From Octopus sinensis (taxonomy: Eukaryota): a stretch of DNA of 64,000 nt. Of this stretch, positions 1-12,518 are shown piece after piece. Positions within the stretch are counted from its first letter, which is position 1; the number at the start of each line of letters is the position of its first letter. The position numbers and the translations under genes were made by a program. Location of the stretch: positions 13,764,001-13,828,000 of the forward strand of contig NC_043012.1 in assembly GCF_006345805.1 (NCBI RefSeq), in the 5' to 3' direction. The notes under the pieces are model-generated. The model did not search any database, was not told the DNA's origin, and worked only from the letters and a program-made list of their open reading frames with translations.

Positions 1-602
1 AACAATGTGATATCCCATTGATAATTGCGTAAAAAGTCTGCTTTACTGCAAAGCAATTTTTTTATTTTTATATGTTGAGGTTCATACGTTGGTATATAAA
101 TAGAAATATCACACATCTGTTTATCAAAAGGATAACTGTAAGCATTCATTTCACAATCGGCATGCAGTAATATGGCTGACGCCATTTCCACAGATCCATT
201 GGAATACACAACTACATCCTGACAACTATTTTTATATATTGTTTCCGTTCTTGAGTTGGATAATGTAGTAGACGGGATCCATATCTTATCTTTAGGTAGA
301 TAGATACGCGTAATATTATTATAGTTTAATGGATTCCATCTCAACAATTCATCCATCCATTGCAGTTCACTCCAAAACCGAGCCTTAAGTATACTGTTTA
401 CAAAGTCCAAATCATAGAGTTCGTCAAGATATAATTCTGCATTTATATCGACCGATGTAGTTAAATTAATGACAGGTCTTATATGTTTCGTATAATTAGA
501 TAATAATTTACCGTTCAACCGTAATTCGTCTTCGTACATCGGATCAGTATTTACTATCGACAGAAATATTGTCAGAAACAGAACGAGGTACTGGACAAAC
601 AT
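1..602 (-). CDS. Chemotactile receptor (CR)-family Cys-loop ion channel subunit, 5' part only (signal peptide plus most of the extracellular domain); continues off the left edge
   Basis: Hand translation from ATG at 602 gives 200 open codons: MFVQYLVLFLTIFLSIVNTDPMYEDELRLNGKLLSNYTKHIRPVINLTTSVDINAELYLDELYDLDFVNSILKARFWSELQWMDELLRWNPLNYNNITRIYLPKDKIWIPS...CEMNAYSYPFDKQMC...NYQWDITL. It has a C-x13-C Cys-loop and is colinear with the ORF at 33135-34325. Absent from the ORF track because there is no stop inside the window. Confidence 0.93.
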   Translation of the reverse strand, partial: MFVQYLVLFLTIFLSIVNTDPMYEDELRLNGKLLSNYTKHIRPVINLTTSVDINAELYLDELYDLDFVNSILKARFWSELQWMDELLRWNPLNYNNITRIYLPKDKIWIPSTTLSNSRTETIYKNSCQDVVVYSNGSVEMASAILLHADCEMNAYSYPFDKQMCDISIYIPTYEPQHIKIKKLLCSKADFLRNYQWDITL

Positions 603-1468
603 TTTTATTTATAATTATTCTGTAAAGAATATCTGTGAAAATTCAATTTCTTTCATATTTTATCATGAAAAATTAAGAATTTTTGAAAGAATTTGGCTTA
701 TTTTACTTAATTATCAGATATTAATTTCTATCTCAAAAGCGTGTCATTTGTGTTGTTGAGGAAAATATTACGACTAACATGAAAATTATAGTTTAATACT
801 AAAATAGAAAAACCACATTGTAAATACAAAATAAATACGCAAACATATATCGGCATGCCTTCTTTTCCACTTAAAAGTATAGACGGATTACCATACAGAT
901 AAATCGTATTATAGCTAATTCTATTACTTGGAAATTAAGATCAGAATCTGAACAGAACTTTCTGGTGCCGCAGTCATAAACATATAATCAGCATTGCACG
1001 TTATATATCGCATCCAGTGTTTGTGGTAACATATTCATAGGTGTCCTTTTTTAATATGTGCGAAGGTATGGACGCTTTGTATCGGCTACTTCGGTGATGA
1101 TATCCGCATGAAACCGTAAATCGATCTTGTGTATAGTGTTTCAAACGTTCATTTGACTGTAAACAGATGAATCGGCAGCCTAAAAAAAAACAAGGTATTT
1201 GCATGATAATGTTAGGCAGATCAAAGTTTCTACCAAAAATAGTTCTCTGTAAAAATTTTGTGTAGAAACAAAATGTGTAATTACCTTCAAGTTAAATAAC
1301 CAAGTAAAATATCATAGTTCAACGTTATCTTGAAGAGATATAAATATAAAATTTCGAGTTATTAAAAGAAAATGAAAGATTGCGTAAGCTTTCTTATTAT
1401 TTGTATCATGGATATTATGATGTCAAACAATGAAATACACTTCAATGAAAATTTAATCGTTAGATATC

Positions 1469-1511
<43 letters not shown>

Positions 1512-1533
1512 ACACACACACACTCACACACAA

Positions 1534-1582
<49 letters not shown>

Positions 1583-3488
1583 CATAATATTTTTACATTA
1601 TTTACGTTTGGCGGATATTTGTCCTCATCTTGTTTGTTGGTAACAAGAGAACCTGCGTTCTCATTCCTAAGGTATTTTGTTATTACTATTATTTAGGTGA
1701 TGATGTTGCTATTACTATTATTCAGGTCACCCGTGGGCTAATTATGGAGTGAATTTTTAGGGCTTATAAATCTAATATTTTCCTATCCTTCTTTAATACC
1801 AGTTCCCATATGCTATTTATATCTTCACTCGTTCTGCTTAGGAGGTTGTTGTGTCCTAGCATAGGTGCTGCTTCTTTTAGTTTTCGTATTTTCTAGTGGT
1901 GTCCTCTGTTTGTTATTTTAACAGGGGGAGGTGGCCCCATACATGATCAGCTATACCTGATTTACCAATATCGCCTCGTGTCACAGCTTTGCGATGTCCA
2001 CTACCCTTATTTTGAGGGGGCTGCATGTTTCATCTTTGTATAGCCTACAACAGCTGCATGGGATGGAGTACACGCAGTTTTTCGTCACATTCTCTTCTAT
2101 TGGTGGTTTTACCCGAAGGAGATATTTCCAAAGTGTTGTATTACTCTTGAATACTGTTCTGATGTCATATGGGCCACATATCTTTTGTATCTTTTCGGAG
2201 AGGCCTTTCACATAGGGTGGGCAGACTGTGGACAGCTTATCGGTTTCATCCTCACTTCTCTTCATAATTGGAGTGGAGAGTATGTTTTCGGGGATTGTTG
2301 TTGCTTAATAGATTGTTACTGAGCCTGATCACTTCTTCATGGTGAGTATCATGATCTCTACTTATATTCTTTGCTCAATGTTTTAGGCACTGAACAATCC
2401 CTCTCTTTACACTGTATGGATGGTGGGAATCGAAGTTAAGGTATCGTCCAGTGAAAGTCGGCTTGCGGTATACGGATGTCCTGAATCTATACTAGGTGCG
2501 TGTTATTAATACGTCCAAGAATGCTAGCTGATTTTCCTTTTTCCACCGTGAACTGCATGGATGGCTTTTTTGAGTTCACATGATCTAACAGCACTTGGAC
2601 ATCTTCCTGGTGGGGCCAGAGTATAAAGGTATCATTAACATATCACAGCCATAGGGTTGGTTTTAGTGGTGTTGATCCTAAAGCAAAATTATCAAAGTAT
2701 TCCATGTATATATTGGCTATTATGAGTGATAATGGCGAACCCAAAGCTAAACCCTCTTCTTGTCGATATATATCAGTGTCCATACTGAAATAGGTAGTTT
2801 CTACACAGAAGGTCAACATTTCCATCAAGTTCTTATTGGTATACTAGTGCGTTCTTTGAGATGGGTACCTGTTACTAGTTTTTCTTGAATCACCGATATT
2901 ACTTCACCAGTTGGGATTTTGGTGAACAGGGTTACAACATGTAGACCCATCATCTTGTTGGATTCAATGGGGATATCCTTGATCAATTCTGTGATTTGGT
3001 TGGAATTCTTCTCGTACGATGTCGGCTTTGCTGCTAATGGACTGATTTTATCCACAAGGTAGTGGCTCAGTGGATGACATACTGAACCTCTGCAACCTAC
3101 TATAGATCTGAATGGAATACCATCCTTGTGAATTTTAGGGAAACTGCACATGTCTGGTATTTTACTGTAGTGCTGAGATACGGCCCATATGACATTAGGA
3201 CAGTATTCAAGCGTAATACAACACTTTCCAAATATCTCCTTCAGATAAAACCACCAATACAAGACAATATGACCCAAAACGGCGTGTACTCCATATAAAT
3301 AGCATTATTGGAACCGGTATTAAGGAAGAATAGGAACATACTTGATATATAAGCCCTAAAAATTCACTCCATAATTGCCCACGGGCATATGGCGTAGTGG
3401 TTGAGGGCACGGGCTACTAACCTCAAGATTCCGATTCCAGGCAGTGATCTGAATAATAATAATGCTAACAATATTAATGATAATATCA

Positions 3489-3545
<57 letters not shown>

Positions 3546-3552
3546 CAACAAC

Positions 3553-3599
<47 letters not shown>

Positions 3600-3606
3600 C
3601 AACAAC

Positions 3607-3680
<74 letters not shown>

Positions 3681-3682
<2 letters not shown>

Positions 3683-4236
3683 GCCCTGATGCAGTACCAG
3701 GCAGTGGCTCTCATGGCTTCTCATCTTAACTGATTGGAAGTGTTATCATGTACATTGTTTTGTCTTGGTATAAAATATGGTCTACAGCAAATATTCTGCT
3801 CAATACCACAGATTTGCTTGTCAGTTGTTTGACCTTAACCAGTTGAGCATGTCCCTTAGTGGCTGACGATATGTGCATCTCTAATCATGAGCAGAAGTAG
3901 TGGGGGAGCATCATAGCCATGTGTTGAGAGGGATTCTTTGGGGTTTGAATAATTCACCTCTGGAAACATGGGTGGTTCTTTCAACATCCTTAAACAACCC
4001 TTATTCAGGGACCTTTTGAGCGGGATAGGCTACTCGACCTGAAGAAAATTCTAACTGGGCCCCACCTGCAAGGTCATGCGCTGTTTACCTTGATATGAGA
4101 TCACCATGTCGCGCACATATGGTTGTGATGCATGTGCCTGGTGTACCCTTATCAGACGGGTAGTCATGATGGGTATATTGGGCTTCGTATATTTTACCCC
4201 AGTGTCACTTTGATGGCATGAACTGCTCTCTCACTC
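3681..4236 (+). repeat. About 560-bp non-coding interspersed repeat flanked by (TAA)n; putative non-autonomous retroelement
   Basis: Bounded by (TAA)n at about 3450-3680 and 4237-4256. A diverged homolog lies in the opposite orientation at about 27530-28125, also next to a TAA tract. No credible ORF. Confidence 0.65.
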
Positions 4237-4256
4237 AATAATAATAATAATAATAA

Positions 4257-7200
4257 GATAATTGTAACGGCAATGATGGTCGTCTCCCCGCGAGCCACTC
4301 AGAGTTCAAAAATGATAACATTATCGTAGCACCAAAATGTTTTTGGAAACTAAAAGGAAAACTAAATCAGTATACCAAATCGCTTGTCCTATGGTTAATC
4401 TGGAAGCGCGTCCCCCAGGGAAGAGCCTGCCTGGGATCGAAAAGTCATCAACTGGCACAAACTCTTCTCCGAATACGGACATGGATGGTCACTTGAACGG
4501 GAAATCCCCCAAATCGAGCCCTCCAAGTTCACCACCACAACCACCACAGAAAGAAAAATGTAAGCGGAACAAATGGACCCGAGAAGAGTATAAAGAAATA
4601 ATATACGCTTATTACTATGCATTAGGCAGGTCATCTCAAGAGAGACACACCGCAAACTCTTACAGTATATGGAGAACACGGAATCAAGACAGTAGACCCT
4701 GTTTGGACGAGAACAAATTGGCAAATGTGAGGAGGGATACCCTTAGAAATAACAGACTCACAGACAGTGAAATAAGCGCGATTAAGCACGCAACGGAAAA
4801 TGACACAAATATAAGACACAAAGGAAATGAAGAATCAGATAAACAGAATAGCCCGCCACAAGGCTTAATTGAAAGACTGCCATCTGATCAAAGCACGCAA
4901 AGGCCTGAAGATACAAGAAATTCTATTGCATCTGTTAAAGATAGCCAGGGAAATGATAAAACAACAGTAACTGAAGATCTCGCATTTGCTGAAGAACACA
5001 GAGAGTCTATGGCAGAAATGAGGCAGAAAATCCTGAATTCGCTTGAAGTTGTAAGACATACAAGTATGAATGATAGAGAACCACTTCATAAACTCTCAAA
5101 TACAAACCAAATTAAAAAACAAATCAAAATTCGCAACTATGTAACAAATGAAATAATACAAGAATTAAAACATGATTTTACTGAGTTAAATGAAATTATT
5201 TACGTTTCTGCTAGGGCAATTGAAACCAGCTGTATGCCCTCGAAAAAACAAAGAAAACCAAACCTGGGAAGAAATCAAACCTGGAGAAGTAAAATTGAAA
5301 AAGAGATTGAATTTACGAGAGGGGAAATATCAATATTAAATGAACTAATATGTGGAAATCATGTAAGATCCAGAACAGGAAGAAAGATGAAGAGAAAATT
5401 TGGATCCTCACCAAGAGAAGAACTTATATCAATAAAAGAAACGCTGAAACAAAAAGTCCAAGCATAAGCTCAAAGAATACGAATATTTGAGAAGAGAAAC
5501 AAGTTTTACAAGCAAAATAAGCTGTTCACATCCAATGCCAAAAAATTCTACAGAGAAATAGGGAAGGAGAAAGTAACCGTTGAAGCCCCCCCCCCCTCCC
5601 ATGGAGGAAGTTCAAAACTTTTGGAAAAGGATTTGGAGTGACGAGAAGACGTACAACATAAATGCAGACTGGATTATACAAACAGAAGGTTCCTACCAAA
5701 ATTTACAACAACAAGCATGGGAAGACATCACAATAGCACACCTAAGAAAGGCACTCACGAAGGCCCATAATTGGAAATCCCCCGGTAAAGACAGGGTGCC
5801 GAATTTCTGGATCTCACCGCTCCCATGCGCACACGGTAAGCTAGTTCAGCTGCTCAATGGAATTATGAGAGACCCAAAGAAAACACCTGAATGGTTAGCA
5901 AGTGGTATTACTTACCTACTCCCAAAGATTAACGAAACCAAACTTCCAAAAAACTATCGGCCTATAACCTGTTTATCCACTACGTATAAAGTCCTAACAT
6001 CTATCCTGGCGGAGAAAACATGCATTCATAGAGAAGAACGATATTTTCCCCATTGAACAAAAAGGGTGCCGCCGAGGCTCATACGGATGCAAAGATCAAC
6101 TGCTAATTAATCGTATGATCCTTGAGAACTGTCACAACAAGCGCAGAAATCTCAGCTCCGCATGGATTGACTATAAAAAGGCCTTCAACAGTATACCGCA
6201 TCCATGGATCTTGAGATCGCTGGACATCTTCAAAATTTCCCCTGTGATTTCAAACTTCCTGAAGCACAATATGTCGTGGAATACGAATCTCCAATTATAC
6301 CACTCTAATGGAGTACTTGCTTCAGAGAATATAAACATCAACTGTAGCATTTTTCAGAGTGACTCACTTTCACCTTTAATATTCTGCATAGCCCTAATAC
6401 CCCTAACAAGTGAATTAAACAGAACAGGGTATGGGTATAAAATTGTCAATAAAAAAATAAGCCATCTATTTTATATGGATGACTTAAAACTCAATGGTAA
6501 AGACGATAATGAACTTGAAGGCCTATTGCGCACTGTGAAAGTATTCAGTGATGACATCGGGATGGAGTTTGGGCTTGAGAAGTGTGCCAAGGCCACTTTC
6601 CAGAAAGGGAAAGTGAAGACCACAAATTCAGTCGTGTTAGATGTTGACACAGTCATAAGAGAGCTTGAGCAAGAACAAACCTACAAATATTTAGGGATAA
6701 ATGAAAGCTCTGGTATTCAGCATGCAAGCATGAAAGAGAAGATCAGGAAGGAATGTTATAGGAGAGTTCGAGCAGTCCTGAAATCTGAACTAAATGAACG
6801 TAACAAGGTGATAGCTATAAATTCCTTAGCAGTTCCAGTTGTTATTTATAGCTACAATGTGTTGAACTGGAATATGAGTGAAATATAGAATATAGATAGG
6901 AAAATACGCAAGCTGCTGAGTTGTAATAGGATGCACCACCCAAAGGCAGACGTAGATCGCCTTTACCTTCCCAGAGCCCAAGGAGGTCGAGGCCTGATCC
7001 AATTTGAACTAGCTTACAAAACAACCACAATTGGACTGGCCAAATATCTTGAAATAACGAATGACTGGATGCTAAAGCTCGTGGAAAATCACGAGAGACG
7101 AAAGAAGCTTCATTCTATCATAAAGGAAAGCAAAAAATGTGCTATTGATCTCGTGCAGGATACCCAAACTGAACAACCCGAGGGAAGTACGGCAACTATT

Positions 7201-8206
7201 GTTGCAAAGAAGGTGAAAATAATGGCAACGAAAAAAGCGCACGAGCAATTGGCTGATAGGTGGGAGGAGAAACCTCTGCACGGCAAATATGTGGCCCGTA
7301 GCAAACAAGCTGATGTTGACCAGAAGCAAACCCATCAGTAGCTACGGAGTTCAGGGCTAAAAGCAGGGAGCGAACGTTTCATCCTGGCTGCTCAAGATCA
7401 AAGCCTATTAACCCGGAACTACCAGGCCAATGTGATGAAAAATGGAGCAGACCCAAAATGTTAATTCTGCAACGGCATGATTGAAACAGTGGACCACCTA
7501 ATCGCTGGATGTAAAGTCTAAGCACCAGTGGAGTATAAATTAAGACATGACAGAGTTGGCCAATATCTCCACTGGCTAATAAGTCGGCATTACAATATCA
7601 AAACTGCCGACAAGTGGTATAATCACCACCCTGAAGCTGTAACTGAAGGAGAAAATGTAACGATTCTGTGGGACTTTCCAGTAGATACAGACCGAACCAT
7701 CAAAGCCAATAAACCGGATATTGTTGTGAAAGACCAAAACAAAATAGTTTGCTTATTGATCGACGTGAGCATCCCCTGTGATCATAATATCTCGGTGAAA
7801 GAATTTGACAAACTCAGAAAATATAAAGACCTGCTCATTGAAATTGAGAAAATGTGGCATCTTAAGTCGGTTACAATACCAGTGATCGTAGGAACACTAG
7901 GAATGATCAAGAAGGGAACCGAAAATTATATGAGAATGATCCCTGGCTTACCATCCCTGCAAGAAGTGCAAAAGATTGTCTTAACTGGTACATCACACGT
8001 ATTGAGAAGAGCATTGTCGATGTGAAAACTATTACTACCCATGTATTTTAATTTAACTTTATTTCTATATAAAAAAAAAAAAATGAACGAACTAGTGAGT
8101 TTAGTTTAATGGCCTACCAATGTATACTATGAGTTTCTTTGCCCTAGGAGTCGGGAAGACACTCGGCAAGAAATGGAAGCAAATTCGAAAGAAGAAGAAA
8201 AACCCA
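4257..8206 (+). mobile_element. Near full-length R4/Dong-clade non-LTR retrotransposon (RT + restriction-like endonuclease), inactivated
   Basis: One long ORF (4337-8025) broken by stops and frameshifts: N-terminal NKWTREEYKEIIYAYY, RT motifs NYRPITCLST, WIDYKKAFNSIPH, FQSDSLSPL and FYMDDLKL, a CCHC-like region (C..ETVDHLIAGC, RHDRV) and RLE motif ANKPDIVVKD...LIDVSIP. Flanked by (TAA)n on both sides. Confidence 0.9.
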
Positions 8207-8218
8207 TAAATAATAATA

Positions 8219-8256
<38 letters not shown>

Positions 8257-8270
8257 TAATAATAATAATA

Positions 8271-8329
<59 letters not shown>

Positions 8330-8398
8330 TAATAATAATAATAATACCATCGAAAAATACCGTTGGAATGAGAACCCAGGTTCGAAATATCCCCCCAA

Positions 8399-8444
8399 GT
8401 CACCTGATGAAGGCTGGAATGTACATCAGCCGAAACGCTGTGTT
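8399..8444 (+). ncRNA. Minimal type I hammerhead ribozyme motif in PLE pLTR (degenerate copy)
   Basis: gtcac CTGATGA a ggctg-gaatgtacat-cagcc GAAAC gc t gtgtt. The core and 5-bp helix II are present. Helix III carries C where the sibling at 28949-28994 has T, and helix I has one mismatch. Confidence 0.7.
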
Positions 8445-8581
8445 AACAACAAATAAGATGAGGACAAATATCCGTCAAATGTAAATAATGTAAATAATAT
8501 AATAATTCCTCATGTCTTAAATATAGAAATGTACATGTGCTGTATATTCGAATTTAAAATACTCATTTAATATGCTTGTAT

Positions 8582-8618
<37 letters not shown>

Positions 8619-8635
8619 AATATATATGTATATAT

Positions 8636-8682
<47 letters not shown>

Positions 8683-9096
8683 GTATGTATGTGTGTGTAT
8701 GTATGTATGTATGTATGTATGTATATATGCATGTGTGTTTGAGTTTATGAGTGTGTTTCAATGTATAAATGCCCAGAAATATACACATCCTTAATTCTAC
8801 CATTTACGTAATACTTTTCACAGTGATTATACTGTGTATTTGCGTAGAAGTGTACATATGAAAGTCTATCATCAAGAAGATCCTAGAATTCGCTACATAC
8901 AACGGAAAGTTGTCCAATGTTCCTTTTATGCTATATATGCATTGTGTGTATCTGAATTAACCATTTTAAAAGTGACAGATCCAGACATATACTGTTAATA
9001 TTCGGTTCTTCATATAAAGCAAAGTTTCTGCATATCTGTGTCTGACAGGGATACTAAACACGATTTCTTACAAAGAATACATTGTGTCCTTGTTAG

Positions 9097-9558
9097 CTAA
9101 AAGGAAGAAACTTTCTCTGCCGTATACAATAAATAAATGAATACAATTGAAAATACAGTTAAGTTTGCAATGACAAATTTTAGAATTATGTCATCAAGTC
9201 GGCTGTAATGGAAAATGCATTTTCCAATACTTCTTCCTGGCATGTTCGTTTTGAATACAGGATTGGATTCTTCCTCAGATATTGAAATATCTGCAATTTG
9301 GTCATTGCGTGACGTGATGTTACATTGATGTGACGCTTTCAATTTGTTATTATCAGATGATGACTGATTTACATACAACTTGCTTATGATCACCGAACCA
9401 ATTGTAGCGATACCACATAAAAATGATAATACCATTATATACAAAACAAGAAGCAAGGGCTTTTGTGAATATACCAATGGGTCTTCCTCAATTTGTGCAA
9501 GGTACAAGATATTTGATAAAAATATTGTCGTTGCTAGAGTAACTTTTTCACCTGATTC
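9097..9558 (-). pseudogene. 5'-truncated CR-family fragment (M2-M3-intracellular loop-M4 only)
   Basis: 154 open codons ESGEKVTLATTIFLSNILYLAQ...LYIMVLSFLCGIATIGSVIISKLYVNQSS...YSRLDDIILKFVIANLTVFSIVFIYLL align to the C-terminal part of 33135-34325. An in-frame TAA lies two codons upstream of ESGEK and no M1/ECD homology was found upstream. Confidence 0.85.
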
Positions 9559-10486
9559 ATGTTATGTTTGGAGATGGTCATAATTTTGCACTTAACCACA
9601 CGAACTATGTACATGGTCTTCACTTTAGCTTCATGATTCTTATCATTCGTATCATTTGCCTCAAATTTTCTCTCACACATATCGTGTGATATCTGACAAA
9701 GGACACAAAATAAGAATAATAATTAAGCTGATGTGAAGAGCAAGCATACAGTTTGTGTGGTTAAATGGCAAGAATATGACTATGATGATATCTGTTTCAA
9801 CGCACAATTTCCCATCAAGGGACTTTCAAAAGAAATGCAAAAATGTAATTAAGATATGATACGGCACATAACTTGCTATTTAATAAGTATGTCAAATGAA
9901 TATTATATACACTGTACAAACGAATGTTGTTTAAAGATAGGATGAATTGCTTCAGTTTAGATATCCACCTATTGAAGACACTGAAAACAATTCCGTATAT
10001 ACCAAAGCCTGGCCCTACAATCACAACCCCTATATATTATATGGACATACATGTTACACATTATTAATTCTTAATAAGCCATTTAATGCACTGAAGTAGT
10101 AATATATAGAGAGAAACGTATGTAAACTTATATTAATGTTTAATGCATATGAAAGAAATTCTACACATAATTTAGACCGGGTGAAATAAGGATTTAACTC
10201 ATGAAATATAGAATTTTAATACCGACCTTGTAAGACCTTGTAACAAATTTATTTGTGAAAAAGTAGAGTATCTAAACTTCGATTTTCGAGCTGTGTCGTA
10301 TGATAGAGCAACAGTTAGCAACGTGATGTAGCTTCAAAATAATGGCAGTTGTGAATTATGAGTTCGTAAAAATGCATCTGAAAGCTTAGCATTTATATAA
10401 GACGATGGCGCTATTGATGTCCGCCAATGTATATACACATACACACACACATATATATAAGTGCATACACCCAACCACACATACAA

Positions 10487-10559
<73 letters not shown>

Positions 10560-10560
10560 T

Positions 10561-11101
10561 GTATGTATGTAGCTATGTAAGTATACACACTCATACGGGC
10601 GTATACTGTTTAACGTTTTATTTAATTCATGTAATTAACCTTTGTTATACATGAGATTTTCATAAAACATTCAAGGACATATCCATATGTAAACAATATA
10701 CTTTTAATCTACCTTCCACAAAATCCACTTTATCATATCACGATGATTTGACTTCTCTAGGACCGTGTAAATAATAACTCAATAGAAATAAAGAAATACT
10801 AAGTTTATAGAAATAATGTTCTGACGCCTAGATCTGTGCATTATAGCTAAAATGTTTACTTTACAATTAGATGGAAATATTGTTTACGTTTAATAATGTG
10901 CCGAATTACCTATTTTAATGAATTAATAAATATTTGTTTTATATTGCTTCATTTATTATAAATGTGTGTACATTAGCTTCAATAATATCTTTCTATATTC
11001 TCTTACACGCTTCAGCCAAGAGACTGTTGCGATGGGCATATGTATGTATATATGTATATATATATGCATATACATATATGTATATATATATAGATATGTA
11101 A

Positions 11102-11136
<35 letters not shown>

Positions 11137-11704
11137 TATGTAAGTATATATATATATATGTATGTATGTATGTAGCTATGTAAGTATACACACTCATACG
11201 GGCGTATACTGTTTAACGTTTTATTTAATTCATGTAATTAACCTTTGTTATACATGAGATTTTCATAAAACATTCAAGGACATATCCATATGTAAACAAT
11301 ATACTTTTAATCTACCTTCCACAAAATCCACTTTATCATATCACGATGATTTGACTTCTCTAGGACCGTGTAAATAATAACTCAATAGAAATAAAGAAAT
11401 ACTAAGTTTATAGAAATAATGTTCTGACGCCTAGATCTGTGCATTATAGCTAAAATGTTTACTTTACAATTAGATGGAAATATTGTTTACGTTTAATAAT
11501 GTGCCGAATTACCTATTTTAATGAATTAATAAATATTTGTTTTATATTGCTTCATTTATTATAAATGTGTGTACATTAGCTTCAATAATATCTTTCTATA
11601 TTCTCTTACACGCTTCAGCCAAGAGACTGTTGCGATGGGCATATGTATGTATATATGTATATATATATGCATATACATATATGTATATATATATAGATAT
11701 GTAA

Positions 11705-11740
<36 letters not shown>
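10561..11740. repeat. Near-identical tandem duplication, period about 603 bp
   Basis: agctatgtaagtatacacactcatacgggcg occurs at 10571 and 11174. The unique parts match by eye; differences are confined to the TA microsatellite. Confidence 0.9.
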
Positions 11741-11762
<22 letters not shown>

Positions 11763-12231
11763 ATGTATTAGAGGAGAAATCAAAAGCCAAGGCAAAACGA
11801 TTATCTCAACTCATTTATCATAATTTCATTAGGGTAAGGTGCATATGAAGTTTTACAGCCGTTTCTTTGATAACCCAAGTGGCAGGTTCGCATGCCCAGG
11901 CACTGGGCATTCAGTCAACAAAATATTTTGAACGGGGGAAATTTCAATTTACAAGGAATAAAATTCATGATTTGTAAAGAATAAGACCTAAGAATAAAGA
12001 GTAAAGTTTGCTAGAAGAAAATAGGCTGGAAAATAATGTTCACAACTCATCTTTTTCGAGAGGATACGGATGTTGGTCGGTACTTCTATAGAGATCTAAG
12101 TACTTAGTTAAAATCGTAGCTAAATCCGGGCGGTATTTTGGTAGTATTTTGAATGATTTATTCACAAGATAAATGTGTATATTGAGCAAGAAAGTAAGAT
12201 AGACATAAATGGGTTTTGTGAATGGGTACAC

Positions 12232-12279
<48 letters not shown>

Positions 12280-12518
12280 AGAAAGTAGAGAGGGGAGAGA
12301 GAGGAGAAAGGAATAAAAATAGGATAGAGTTAAACGGGTAGAAAATAAATAAAAAAACAAAAATAATATAAAAGTAAAGATAATGATAATCATAAATGTG
12401 TTTTGCGAGTCAGCGTATATGGGAGAGTACCATATATGGAGAAATTAAAATGAAAATTTCGGATTGTATTATTAATATTGTTATAATTTTTACTATTATT
12501 GTTATTATTATTATTATT

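Larger units (their letters stand above)
1590..8530 (-). mobile_element. Degraded Penelope-like element (RT + GIY-YIG) bounded by inverted pseudo-LTRs; the right pLTR is split by nested insertions
   Basis: Minus-strand fragments: PKIHKDGIPFRSIV and LHVVTLFTKIP (2825-3190), RQEEGLALGSPLSLIIANIYME (2643-2828), PYVKGLSEKI...KNCVYSIPCSC (1981-2265). The terminal repeat is on minus at about 1590-1830 and on plus at about 3290-3455 plus 8347-8530. An inverted copy of the EN-region sequence lies at 3186-3290. Confidence 0.8.

Noticed and set aside
4257-4336. HDV-like ribozyme in the Dong 5' UTR
   Set aside because: Expected by analogy with R2/R4 elements, but I could not build the nested double pseudoknot by eye.
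9560-10024. Minus-strand frame with GPCR-like hints (GFGIYG, VRYHTIC, FVWLS) or a remnant Cys-loop upstream of the CR fragment
   Set aside because: At least six stops, and motif spacing does not match class A GPCRs or CRs; cannot be separated from chance without an HMM search.
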